64,000 nucleotides of DNA from a virus. Taxonomy: Duplodnaviria; Heunggongvirae; Uroviricota; Caudoviricetes. The DNA lies in IMG/VR virus record IMGVR_UViG_3300028534_000019, positions 31,091 to 95,090 of that record, one strand, 5' to 3'. Numbering within the stretch: the first letter of the stretch is position 1; each line of letters opens with the position of its first letter. This document shows positions 18,640 through 28,442 of this stretch, one piece after another. Under the pieces are notes generated by a model that was given only the letters and a program-made list of their open reading frames with translations, ran no database searches and was not told the origin of the DNA. The translations under genes and the position numbers were made by a program.

Positions 18640-20490
18640 ATGGCAGTTATTGGTATAGATTTAGGAACGACAAATAGTGCTGTTTCAGTTTATGAAGTAG
18701 GGGAATTTAAAATTATTCCTAATGCTGAGGGTAAAAATACAACACCTAGTATTGTAGCATTTACAGATAAAGGGGATGTATTAGTAGGGGAATCAGCAAA
18801 AAGACAAGCAGTCACAAACCCTGAAAAAACTATTGAAGCAATTAAAAGAATTATGGGTATGCAATTTAATGAACCTAGATGTAAAGAGGCTCAAGAAAAA
18901 GTACAATATAAAATTGTAGATAAAAATGGTTTGGCCGCTGTTGATGTTGATGGTAAGATTTATACACCACAAGAAATTTCAGCTAAAATCCTTACAAAAC
19001 TAAAAGATGATGCAGAAGCATTTATTGGTAAAGAAGTTACAGATGCTGTAATTACAGTTCCAGCATACTTTAATGATGCTCAGAGAAAGGCGACACAAGA
19101 GGCAGGCGTTATTGCAGGGCTTAATGTACTAAGAATTATTAATGAACCTACTTCGGCCGCTCTTGCTTATGGTTTGGACAAAAAAGGTGAGGAAAATATT
19201 CTTGTTTATGATTTTGGTGGTGGTACTTTTGATGTATCTGTATTAGAAATTGGAGATGGTACTTTTGAAGTTCTTTCAACTGATGGTAATGCTTTCTTAG
19301 GTGGTAAAGACTTTGACCAAATTTTAGTTAATTATATTGCTGAATATTTTAAAGAGAAACAGGGTGTTGATTTAAGAAATGATAAAATGGCACTTCAAAG
19401 ATTATATGATGCTTCAGAAAATGCTAAAAAAGAGTTATCAAGTGTTGTAGAAACTGAAATTAACTTACCATTTATTACTATGACAGAAGCCGGCCCGCAG
19501 CATCTTGTTTTAAAAATTTCAAGAGGTAAATTTGAGGGGTTAGTACAAAATCTTGTAGATGAAACTATTGAACATATTACAACAGCATTACAAGACGCTG
19601 GTTTAAGTGTAGATGATATTAGTGAATTGATTATGGTTGGTGGCTCAACAAGAATACCTTTAGTACAAGAGGCAGTTTCAAAGTATTTTAAAGGTAAAAC
19701 TCTTAATAAATCTGTTAATCCTGATGAAGTTGTAGCCGCTGGTGCTTCAATTCAAGGTGGTGTATTAACAGGAGATGTAAAAGATGTTCTTCTTCTTGAT
19801 GTTACACCATTATCACTTGGTATTGAAACTATGGGTGGTATTGCTACTAAAATCATCCCAAAAGGTACAACTATTCCTGTTAAAAAATCAGAAATCTTTA
19901 GTACAGCAGTTGATAATCAACCAGCAGTTAGTATTGTAGTAGTACAAGGTGAAGCAAAATTAGCAGAAGATAATAAATCTTTAGGACAATTTAATCTTGA
20001 GGGTATAACACCAGCTAAAAAAGGTGTACCACAAATTGAAGTTAATTTTGATGTTGATTCTAATGGTGTTTTGAGTGTATCAGCTATTGATAAAGGAACA
20101 GGTAAAGAACAGAAAATAACAATTACAGGTTCGACAGGTTTAAGTGAAGAAGAAATTAGAAAGATGATTGATGATGCTGAAAAACAAAATCAAGAAAAGG
20201 CTGAAAAAATTAAAGCAATTGAAGCAAAAAATGAATTGGATGCTACTCTTTCAAGAATTAAAAACTTTAATGATGAAGAAAAAAATGAAGTGCTATCAGC
20301 TAAAATTTCTGATGTTGAAGAATATGTAAAAGAAGATAGAACAGCAGAAGAAATTAGAAAAATTAGAGATGAACTTGAAGAAGTTTATTTAAAAGCATTT
20401 GAAGAGAAATCAAAAAGAAATGAAGGTGCTGAGGTAAAAGAAAGCACTGAAAATAATGATGATGTTATTGATGCTGAAATTGAAGAATAA
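18640..20490 (+). CDS. dnaK: Hsp70 chaperone DnaK (canonical-looking)
   Basis: [32 protein letters not shown] and the substrate-binding domain [14 protein letters not shown]. Ends DVIDAEIEE. Confidence 0.95.
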   Translation: MAVIGIDLGTTNSAVSVYEVGEFKIIPNAEGKNTTPSIVAFTDKGDVLVGESAKRQAVTNPEKTIEAIKRIMGMQFNEPRCKEAQEKVQYKIVDKNGLAAVDVDGKIYTPQEISAKILTKLKDDAEAFIGKEVTDAVITVPAYFNDAQRKATQEAGVIAGLNVLRIINEPTSAALAYGLDKKGEENILVYDFGGGTFDVSVLEIGDGTFEVLSTDGNAFLGGKDFDQILVNYIAEYFKEKQGVDLRNDKMALQRLYDASENAKKELSSVVETEINLPFITMTEAGPQHLVLKISRGKFEGLVQNLVDETIEHITTALQDAGLSVDDISELIMVGGSTRIPLVQEAVSKYFKGKTLNKSVNPDEVVAAGASIQGGVLTGDVKDVLLLDVTPLSLGIETMGGIATKIIPKGTTIPVKKSEIFSTAVDNQPAVSIVVVQGEAKLAEDNKSLGQFNLEGITPAKKGVPQIEVNFDVDSNGVLSVSAIDKGTGKEQKITITGSTGLSEEEIRKMIDDAEKQNQEKAEKIKAIEAKNELDATLSRIKNFNDEEKNEVLSAKISDVEEYVKEDRTAEEIRKIRDELEEVYLKAFEEKSKRNEGAEVKESTENNDDVIDAEIEE

Positions 20491-20501
20491 AAGAGGAAAA
20501 A

Positions 20502-21305
20502 TTGAAAAAATTATATAAAATTCTTGAAATTGAAGAAACTTCTACAACAGTAGAAATAAAAAAAGCATATAGAAAATTAGCTAAAAAATACCACCCTGAT
20601 GTTTGTAAAGAAGAGGGTGGTGAAGATAAGTTTAAAGAAATTAATAGAGCATATGAAGTTCTAAGCAATCCACAAGAAAAACAAAAGTATGATAGATTTG
20701 GTGATGAAATGTATGAAAAAATGGGGTCAGGTGGTGGAAGACCTAATCCAAATGCTGATGAGTTTGCAGAAGCAATGGCATCATTTTTCAACCAAAAGGG
20801 AAATCCCCGACAAGGTAATCCTTTTGGTATGGGTGGTAATCCTTTTATTCATACAACAATTCAAGCATATATTTCGATAGAAGATTTATTTAAAGGTACT
20901 TCTATACAATTACAAGATGGTACTAAAGTAAAAATACCACCTAGAACAATACCGGGTAGTAGGGTAAGAGTTAAAGGCAAAGGTATGTCAGATGGTAAAA
21001 ATACAGGAGATTTATTTATTATCATAACACCAAAAAATAATGATAAAGAATTTGTTGAGAATGATACTATTATAAAGATTATCAAAATTGATTTAGTTAG
21101 TATGATTTTTGGAAATGAAATAAAATATAATCATTATGGTAAAGATTTAATTGTTACTGTTCCAAAAAATACAAAGCCCGGTGACTTTGTACAAATTCCC
21201 AATCAGGGCTTAGGTACTCAGGGTTCATTAATTTTACATTTAGATTTAGAATTACCAAAAGCAGAAGATTTAGATGAAGAAAAAGTAAAAGAATTATTTA
21301 ATTAA
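20502..21305 (+). CDS. J-domain co-chaperone (class B-like, no Zn-finger), TTG start
   Basis: J domain with YRKLAKKYHPD...KFKEINRAYEVLSNPQEKQKYDRFG, followed by a G-rich linker and a C-terminal client-binding domain. aagagga RBS 5 nt before TTG. Confidence 0.85.
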   Translation: MKKLYKILEIEETSTTVEIKKAYRKLAKKYHPDVCKEEGGEDKFKEINRAYEVLSNPQEKQKYDRFGDEMYEKMGSGGGRPNPNADEFAEAMASFFNQKGNPRQGNPFGMGGNPFIHTTIQAYISIEDLFKGTSIQLQDGTKVKIPPRTIPGSRVRVKGKGMSDGKNTGDLFIIITPKNNDKEFVENDTIIKIIKIDLVSMIFGNEIKYNHYGKDLIVTVPKNTKPGDFVQIPNQGLGTQGSLILHLDLELPKAEDLDEEKVKELFN

Positions 21306-21364
21306 TATACAATTAAGGTTTCTTTTGCTATAATTTCATCATATATAAACTAAAAGGATTCAAA

Positions 21365-21769
21365 ATGGCAAAAGAAAAAAGTTATGGGGTTGCTCCTTAT
21401 TTAATTATAAATGGGCAATATTATATATTGTTAAATAAAACATCAGAACATAGTAGATACAATTTCTTCAAAGGTAAAATTGAAGAGGGTGAAACTATTG
21501 CTCAATGTGCCAAAAGAGAATTTTGGGAAGAAACAGGTGTAGAAGTTGATGAGAGAGATTTTGAAGAATATTTTTTCCAAAAGTCTTCTAAAAAAGATGT
21601 TGGTATTTTTTTAATTAATTGGTCTAAATATATTAATAAAAAATTTCAATTTCAAAAAAGAGAAATTTGGGCTTCTTATTGGGTAGAGGTTGATGATGTT
21701 CAAACATCCAAAAACCAAAAAGAAATTGTTGATTCTATTGAATCTTTTTTTAAAAATAAATCTGAGTAA
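21365..21769 (+). CDS. Nudix hydrolase
   Basis: Nudix box GKIEEGETIAQCAKREFWEETGV. Confidence 0.8.
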   Translation: MAKEKSYGVAPYLIINGQYYILLNKTSEHSRYNFFKGKIEEGETIAQCAKREFWEETGVEVDERDFEEYFFQKSSKKDVGIFLINWSKYINKKFQFQKREIWASYWVEVDDVQTSKNQKEIVDSIESFFKNKSE

Positions 21770-21785
21770 AAAGTAAAGGTAAAAA

Positions 21786-22823
21786 ATGTCTAAAGAAATT
21801 GATGGATATGTAGTAAAACAAGAAACAGTTCAAGGTGTAATGAGTATTGAAGATATTGAAAAGAATTTCAATTCTTTTGTTAAAGAGATAGATTCAAATA
21901 TGGATAAAATGTCCACTGTAATACAAAATGATGAGTTAAATCAAATTAGTGATGAAATTCTTAAAGCAAAAGAATATATTGAAACATTTTCAAGAGGTGA
22001 AACAAAAAGTTTTAAAGAAAAAACACTAAGCCATTTAGGTAATGTACCGATGATTGGGGATTGGGCTAAGGGTAAGTATGAAGAAGTCAGAAGAACAAAT
22101 TTTGAAAATAGTTCTGTTAAAGAAATTATTGAGGGTATTTTTAATACTTTTGAAGAAAAGAAGAAAAGACTTATTGTTTTGAGTGAAAATATTGATTTAC
22201 TTAGAAGTAATTTACAAGTACAAGAGGCAAAACTTGAAGAGTATATTGTTCAACTTGATTATATTATTGATAATACAACTAGCTCAGGTGAAAAACTTAA
22301 AGCAATTGATATGAGTATTGTTGCTCAATCTCAAAGACAAGTGGTTAAAGAAATGTTATATAATCAAATTGATTTTATTCTTAACCTTATGGAAACTTTA
22401 ATGGTTAAAATTGTAAAAACTTTACCTGTTCTTAAAAATACATTAAATAGTTCTGTAAACATAGCGGCAACTATTAATAGTATGAAAGATACTGTTGAAA
22501 TGATGAACTCTTTAGAAGAATTGACAAATAAAGTTACACAAGAATCAACAAATAATATTCAAAGTCTTATTATTGATGTTATGGATAACTTCTCAGAAAA
22601 AATTGATGAAGAATTTTATGAAAAAGCCGCTGATAGAAATATACAGTTTACTAAAGATTTGATTGATTCAAGAAAAAAATATATTGAAAAATCTGTTAAA
22701 GGTTATAAAAATCTTAAAAGTATTGAGGTAAAAATGCAACAAGCACTTCTTGAAAGAGCAAATGCTGAAGAAGAAACATTACAAATTATGCAGTCAAGTA
22801 CAATTTCATCAGAGGCTGTGTAA
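21786..22823 (+). CDS. coiled-coil protein
   Basis: 345 aa. No motif recognised with confidence. Confidence 0.5.
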   Translation: MSKEIDGYVVKQETVQGVMSIEDIEKNFNSFVKEIDSNMDKMSTVIQNDELNQISDEILKAKEYIETFSRGETKSFKEKTLSHLGNVPMIGDWAKGKYEEVRRTNFENSSVKEIIEGIFNTFEEKKKRLIVLSENIDLLRSNLQVQEAKLEEYIVQLDYIIDNTTSSGEKLKAIDMSIVAQSQRQVVKEMLYNQIDFILNLMETLMVKIVKTLPVLKNTLNSSVNIAATINSMKDTVEMMNSLEELTNKVTQESTNNIQSLIIDVMDNFSEKIDEEFYEKAADRNIQFTKDLIDSRKKYIEKSVKGYKNLKSIEVKMQQALLERANAEEETLQIMQSSTISSEAV

Positions 22824-23236
22824 TGGAAAATTCTGAATTTTATATTGAGATAAATAACACTATTTTATTTTGTCCTGATATTTTGACGGCTGAAAGAAAA
22901 TATGATGAGGTTTTATTGACTTGTAACAATGGTACTGAAATAATTTTATCAGATGCTAAATATCTTGATGAGATACTAGATAAAAAAGCAAACTTTCATA
23001 AATTACAAAATATTGTGAATGTAGATAAAACAATTTTAGATATTGAGGAAAAAGTTAAACAAAAAAGTTTAGCAAATATTCAGGAAATTGAAGATAAATT
23101 TAAAAGTTCTTTAGCTCAAACAGAATCAAAAATTGATAGTATTAGACAAACTATAAGCACTATTGACCCATCAAGAGCAGTGAGTTTGGTTGATGATATG
23201 GAAACACTTTTATCAAAATTTAAGGCTTTAATCTAA
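22823..23236 (+). CDS. hypothetical protein
   Basis: 137-aa ORF. Confidence 0.45.
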   Translation: MENSEFYIEINNTILFCPDILTAERKYDEVLLTCNNGTEIILSDAKYLDEILDKKANFHKLQNIVNVDKTILDIEEKVKQKSLANIQEIEDKFKSSLAQTESKIDSIRQTISTIDPSRAVSLVDDMETLLSKFKALI

Positions 23237-23245
23237 AGGAATAAT

Positions 23246-24100
23246 ATGTTCAAAAAAGATAAAAATACCTCAACTATTTTAAAAGTTATTAAAGAGTATG
23301 ATAATATTCAGAAATTGTTTAATATAGAGTTGGATAAAGCAACATCAGAACAATTTGTGGATGAACTTAAAAAACAACTTAAATTAAATTTAGAAACTCT
23401 ATCTATCTTAACTGAAAAAACAGAGGTGTTTTCAGATACAAAAACATTTACAGGTTTTGGTTTTAGGTTGCCATATGAAGAACAAAAAATAGAGTATCTA
23501 AAATATGATAATATTTCAAGTGATGAAGAAAGTGCTTATAATATAATTGAGCATAATAAATTTATAACTTTATATAAACATAAAAAAGAATATAAAAAAA
23601 TCTTTACAAAAGAAAGTATATATTTTGAAAGTGTTTTATTAGAAATTAATAAAATATATGGTAGTATAAAAAGTGATTATTCACATAATACAGAATTAAG
23701 AGATGCTTTATTTATTATTAAAGAGTTTTCAAGAACAACACAAAAAGGTGTAGTTTATTATATTTCTTTAAGATATATAGAAAAATTTTTGATAGAAGTA
23801 TTTCCAACATTTTCAAATGTAATAAAAAAAGAATTTAAAGACTATAAAGAAAATACAAAAAATGATTTTGGGTATTGGAAAATAGAAAATTTATATAATA
23901 TTTTATTAGGATTTGAGTCTTTAATTTCATATTCAAAACAAAAAGATGAGTTTACCTTTAGACCAAGAATTAGTGTATCTATAATTTTAAAAAATGAAGA
24001 TGGTTATGTAACTAAGAAAATATTAAAAGAACTAATGAAAGAAACAAGGTATTTAGATTTTAAAATTTATCAGAAAAATAAAAAGGATAGTAATGAATAG
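23246..24100 (+). CDS. hypothetical protein
   Basis: 284-aa ORF. Confidence 0.5.
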   Translation: MFKKDKNTSTILKVIKEYDNIQKLFNIELDKATSEQFVDELKKQLKLNLETLSILTEKTEVFSDTKTFTGFGFRLPYEEQKIEYLKYDNISSDEESAYNIIEHNKFITLYKHKKEYKKIFTKESIYFESVLLEINKIYGSIKSDYSHNTELRDALFIIKEFSRTTQKGVVYYISLRYIEKFLIEVFPTFSNVIKKEFKDYKENTKNDFGYWKIENLYNILLGFESLISYSKQKDEFTFRPRISVSIILKNEDGYVTKKILKELMKETRYLDFKIYQKNKKDSNE

Positions 24101-24380
24101 ATATTCAAAAGATGAAACAATAAAAACATTCTTAACACAAAATAAAGCAACTATAATTTATGATGGTATGTATAAACTTGTTTTTGATGATGGTGGTGTT
24201 ATGATAACAACTAAAACTTCTGATGAGATGTTTTCATTCTTAATTGGTTATAAGTATGCTAGTATGAATTATGAAAAGATTTTAGAGAGAATTAATACTG
24301 AACACAATAATATGGTAAAACAGTATGATGAACAAATGAACATTATGTCATCTATGGTTGAAGATAAAGAAGAAAATTAA
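24093..24380 (+). CDS. hypothetical protein
   Basis: 95-aa ORF. Confidence 0.4.
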   Translation: MNRYSKDETIKTFLTQNKATIIYDGMYKLVFDDGGVMITTKTSDEMFSFLIGYKYASMNYEKILERINTEHNNMVKQYDEQMNIMSSMVEDKEEN

Positions 24381-24447
24381 TTTTAATTTTTAATTTTCTT
24401 TTAATATTAAAATGCTATAATTACATAATTAAAAAAGAAGGATATTT

Positions 24448-25548
24448 ATGTTAGTTCAAAATAAAAAAGTTCCAAAAGAAACATTAGAGTTATTGGACTC
24501 TAAAATAGAAGAATTTGAAAAAAATACAAATTCAACTGTTTTATATATTACAATTACAGGTTCTGTTCTTTATGGTACTGATAATGAAAATAGTGATTTA
24601 GATTTTAAAGGTATTTTTATGCCTAATCTAAAAGAAGTGCTTATTGGTAATACACCTAGTGCTTTTGTTTTTAATTCAAATACAAAAGATAAAAACTCTT
24701 CTGATGATATTGATTTAACATTACACCCTGTAAATGACTTCTTTAATCATCTTAGAAAATCTGAAACAGGTGCTGTTGATTTACTTTTTAGTATGTTTAG
24801 AGAAGATACTATTGTTTTTGATGATGGTATTTTCACGAACTTTATGAAGAAAAATTATCAAAAGTTTAGAAATTCTAATATGAAAAGTTTTATCGGTTAT
24901 GCTGTTGGTCAAACTAAAAAATTTGGGATTAAAGGTGCTAGATATGAAGAGTTAGATGTTTTTTATAAAGATTGTGTTAATTATTTTAATCTTGCTCCAA
25001 AAGAAAATAAATTAGGTGAATATTGGGATTTTCTTGAACTAAAAGCCCAAGGTAAAAAATATATTAAGTTTACAAAAGCAGAAGGTGCTAGAAGAAATGA
25101 TGGTAGTAGTAATATCATTGATTATATTTCTGTTCTTGGTAAACTATATCATAAAGATGTAACAGTAGGTTATTTTTTAGAAAGAGTTTCTAAATTTTAT
25201 AATCAATTTGGTAATAGAACTAAAACAGTAGCTAAAACTGAATCAAAAACAGATTGGAAAGCAATGAGCCACGCCCTTAGAGTAGCTATGGAAGTTAAAG
25301 AGTTACTTCAATTTGGTTTTATTAAATTTCCATTGACTTATGCTGATGAGATTAAAGAAGTTAAATTTGGTAACAGAGAAGAACAAGAAACATTAGATAA
25401 AATTAGAGATGTATTGGGTGAAGTTGATACAATATTAGAAAATATTGATAAAGATAACTTTCCTTGTGAAATGAGTGAAGAATTACTTAAAAAATTAAAA
25501 TGGGAAGTAATTCTTCTATATAAAGAGTTTTTAGATTTAGGTTTTTAA
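24448..25548 (+). CDS. nucleotidyltransferase-fold protein (Pol-beta superfamily)
   Basis: TGSVLYGTDNENSDLDFKGIF (GS...DhD) and a downstream acidic SSDDIDLTL. Confidence 0.6.
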   Translation: MLVQNKKVPKETLELLDSKIEEFEKNTNSTVLYITITGSVLYGTDNENSDLDFKGIFMPNLKEVLIGNTPSAFVFNSNTKDKNSSDDIDLTLHPVNDFFNHLRKSETGAVDLLFSMFREDTIVFDDGIFTNFMKKNYQKFRNSNMKSFIGYAVGQTKKFGIKGARYEELDVFYKDCVNYFNLAPKENKLGEYWDFLELKAQGKKYIKFTKAEGARRNDGSSNIIDYISVLGKLYHKDVTVGYFLERVSKFYNQFGNRTKTVAKTESKTDWKAMSHALRVAMEVKELLQFGFIKFPLTYADEIKEVKFGNREEQETLDKIRDVLGEVDTILENIDKDNFPCEMSEELLKKLKWEVILLYKEFLDLGF

Positions 25549-25549
25549 A

Positions 25550-26602
25550 ATGGATTTTGATTTTGATGAAATTGTTGCTACAAGAACTTATGTTGATTGT
25601 TATTGTAATGATAATATAAGTTCAGATGATATTAAAGGTATATTAAATCCTAATTTTATTAATAAAACATTAAATGAAATAGATAATTTTTTATATGGTG
25701 GTTTTAATTATTTTAGTAAAAGAGTTCCATTCACTTTAGCTGGTGGTTCTCTTCTTAGTTATTGTTCTTATTATATAGCTACAAAAAATGATTATGGTAA
25801 TCCAAAAAGTTATTTAGATTGGTTGGAATATTCAGGTAATTCTGATATTGATTTATTTTTTGAATGTGAGGAAGATTATATAAAAATGCTTGAAGCAGTA
25901 CAAAAAAATGGTTTTAGTAATTTATCACCTAAACCAAATGCTAAAAGTTTTTATAAAAAAAGAGGAAAAAATAAAAATACAATTTCAATAGATTTAGTAC
26001 ATAAAGATTATTCAGCACCACAAAAACTTATAGATAGATTTGATTTGAATAAGAGTAAAATTGCTATAAGTTCTTATGGCAATCTTTATATAGGTAATGA
26101 TTTTGATAATTATCTTTGTTTAAATCCATTAAATATAAATTATAATACTATATCAAGATTTAAAAAATATTCTATAACAAAACATATACAACCTTCATAT
26201 AAAACTTTACAAGAACTTGTACATATTTTCATTGATAAACAAGATGAAGTATATGAAAGTTTTTATAATGATGAAAAAAGAGATATACCTATGTATGGTG
26301 GGCTTGAAAATCTGATTACAATTATTGTAGATTGTAAAAAGTTATATAACATAGATTTAAAACTTAGTCGTGATGAGGTATTTAACTTATATTTAATATT
26401 GGAGAAACATTTTTCTGAAAAAGATAGATTAATTTCTTTTTTTACAAAAATAATTAATGAAGATAGTATTGATTATATACCTAAAATATATGAATTATTA
26501 TTACAACGACAAGATAGATTTTATGGAAAACAATTTGAAGATAATATGGATGAATCTATTAGAGATAAAGTTTTAGAAACATACCCTGAAATAATGTTTT
26601 AA
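25550..26602 (+). CDS. second nucleotidyltransferase-fold protein with C-terminal TYPEIMF tag
   Basis: LAGGSLLSY...GNSDIDLFFE (GGS...DhD). Ends ...VLETYPEIMF-stop. Confidence 0.5.
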   Translation: MDFDFDEIVATRTYVDCYCNDNISSDDIKGILNPNFINKTLNEIDNFLYGGFNYFSKRVPFTLAGGSLLSYCSYYIATKNDYGNPKSYLDWLEYSGNSDIDLFFECEEDYIKMLEAVQKNGFSNLSPKPNAKSFYKKRGKNKNTISIDLVHKDYSAPQKLIDRFDLNKSKIAISSYGNLYIGNDFDNYLCLNPLNINYNTISRFKKYSITKHIQPSYKTLQELVHIFIDKQDEVYESFYNDEKRDIPMYGGLENLITIIVDCKKLYNIDLKLSRDEVFNLYLILEKHFSEKDRLISFFTKIINEDSIDYIPKIYELLLQRQDRFYGKQFEDNMDESIRDKVLETYPEIMF

Positions 26603-26664
26603 CACATAAAAATTAAGTAATATTACTATATAATATGACTTATTAAATATAATAAAGGAAAAAA

Positions 26665-27576
26665 ATGGAAGAACAAATAGCGATTGATTTAGGCTATTCA
26701 ACATCAAAAGTTGCTTATGCTGATAAAATAGCAAAATTCCCAACTGCTGTTTCTTTTGCTACTGATGTAGGTACATCATATGGTGAAGGGAATATTTATG
26801 ACTTTGAGGGAGATAAGTATTATGTGGGTAGTGAAGCCGCTGATGCTGAGGCTTTTACAACTATGGATTTTAAATTTTTATATAAATTTGCTCCTCTTCT
26901 TATCTATCATATTTTAAGTAAATTTGATAAAGCAGAACTTGAAAAACCTATTGTTGTAAAAACAGGATTGGCAATTGTTGATTGGCATAAAAAAGATGAT
27001 TTTATTGAAAGAATTTCAAAAATTGAAGTGAATGGGCAAACTGTTGAAACAACACCCATTCTTATTCCTCAAGGTGCTGGATGTGCTGTTGATTGGGTTT
27101 CATCAGATAATGATGGAGAATGGCCGGACAATCTTACAGTAGTTGATATTGGTTATAATACTATTAACCTTATATCATTTTTAGAGGGTAAACCAATTAG
27201 AAAAAATATGAAAAGTTACCCAGGACACGGTGTTTCTAGTATAATTAAACCTTTTACTAGTTATCTTGAAAATACTTTTGGTACAACATTTTCAGAACAA
27301 GAAGCAATTAAATTTTTTGTTAAAGGTACTTTTAAATATAATGGTGAAGACCAACCTAAAGTATCAGAAAAAATTACAGAATTAAAATCACAATTTGTTA
27401 AAAAAATGTTTCAATCTGTTTTAGTTTCTGATAAAAAACTTCTTGCTATGTCAGATGTAGTGCTTATTGCTGGTGGTGGTGCTTATTTACTTCAAGATAT
27501 TCCATTCCCGCCAAATGTTGAGTTTGTTGATTCTCCTTATGAGTTCAGTAATACTCGTGGTTATTTAATTTCATAA
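26665..27576 (+). CDS. actin-like ATPase (ParM/Alp family)
   Basis: Phosphate-1 IAIDLGYSTSKVA, phosphate-2 VVDIGYNTINL and adenosine motif LIAGGGAYLL. Confidence 0.65.
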   Translation: MEEQIAIDLGYSTSKVAYADKIAKFPTAVSFATDVGTSYGEGNIYDFEGDKYYVGSEAADAEAFTTMDFKFLYKFAPLLIYHILSKFDKAELEKPIVVKTGLAIVDWHKKDDFIERISKIEVNGQTVETTPILIPQGAGCAVDWVSSDNDGEWPDNLTVVDIGYNTINLISFLEGKPIRKNMKSYPGHGVSSIIKPFTSYLENTFGTTFSEQEAIKFFVKGTFKYNGEDQPKVSEKITELKSQFVKKMFQSVLVSDKKLLAMSDVVLIAGGGAYLLQDIPFPPNVEFVDSPYEFSNTRGYLIS

Positions 27577-27589
27577 AAAAGGATAAAAA

Positions 27590-27931
27590 TTGTTAAAATT
27601 ATGGTATAGAATTAAGTGTTTTTTTGGACACTGTTTAGAACTTGATATTATTAAAAGTAAGGAAGAAATTAGAAAAAGAGATTATGATGTTTCTAAAGCA
27701 CCTTATAAAGTTGAAGGTGTGGCTGAGGAATTTCCACAAGAATTTAAAGATATTCTTGAAAAGAAAGAAGATAAAGAAAATGAGTCTGAAAAAACAGAAA
27801 AACTTAAAAGGGCTTGGTTCAATAATGGAGTTGAACAAAGATTAGTTCAAATTCAACCTATTGATGAAAGTTTAAGTTTACCTGATGGATGGGTAAAAGG
27901 TAAATTAAAAAAAGGTATGAATAATGAGTAA
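27590..27931 (+). CDS. hypothetical lysine-rich protein
   Basis: 113-aa ORF. Confidence 0.4.
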   Translation: MLKLWYRIKCFFGHCLELDIIKSKEEIRKRDYDVSKAPYKVEGVAEEFPQEFKDILEKKEDKENESEKTEKLKRAWFNNGVEQRLVQIQPIDESLSLPDGWVKGKLKKGMNNE

Positions 27932-28136
27932 AAATAGATATGGTGTCAGAGACGCTTATAAAAATTTAGCAAACATCACAAAAACAATTAATACTCTTAG
28001 TGGTGAAGCCCTTGAAGAGGCAGAAAGAAAAATTTATCTTTATAGAGATTTTATTGATTATTCAAGAGATTTATACAATAATGGTTTGATAAATCAGAAA
28101 GAATTAAAAGGTTTAGGTAAGGTAGATAATGGATAA
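27924..28136 (+). CDS. hypothetical protein
   Basis: 70-aa ORF. Confidence 0.35.
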   Translation: MSKNRYGVRDAYKNLANITKTINTLSGEALEEAERKIYLYRDFIDYSRDLYNNGLINQKELKGLGKVDNG

Positions 28137-28428
28137 TGTAAAACCAACAAGTGTATCTATTAATTTAGATGAACACTCAGTAAAAACAATTAAAAAAGTA
28201 AATAGCATACATAGAGATTCTTTAATCAATATTGGTATTGCTATGGTGGCAAAAACACCTTATTATAAAACATTATTAGGTGTAGAACAAGAAGATTTAG
28301 ATGAAGTAGCATCATTAGATATGTTAGATGAAGAAAATGAAACTACAACATCAAAAAAATCTAAAAAGAAAGAAGAAACTAAAACAGAAGTAAAAGCAAA
28401 ACCTACATCTTCTTGGGATAGTTTCTAA
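28129..28428 (+). CDS. hypothetical protein
   Basis: 99-aa ORF. Confidence 0.4.
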   Translation: MDNVKPTSVSINLDEHSVKTIKKVNSIHRDSLINIGIAMVAKTPYYKTLLGVEQEDLDEVASLDMLDEENETTTSKKSKKKEETKTEVKAKPTSSWDSF

Positions 28429-28442
28429 TAAAAGGAACAATT

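Noticed and set aside
21786-22823. TelA-like (toxic anion resistance) or GrpE-like assignment for the 345-aa coiled-coil protein
   Set aside because: Only general coiled-coil character, no specific conserved motif recalled. Size does not fit GrpE.
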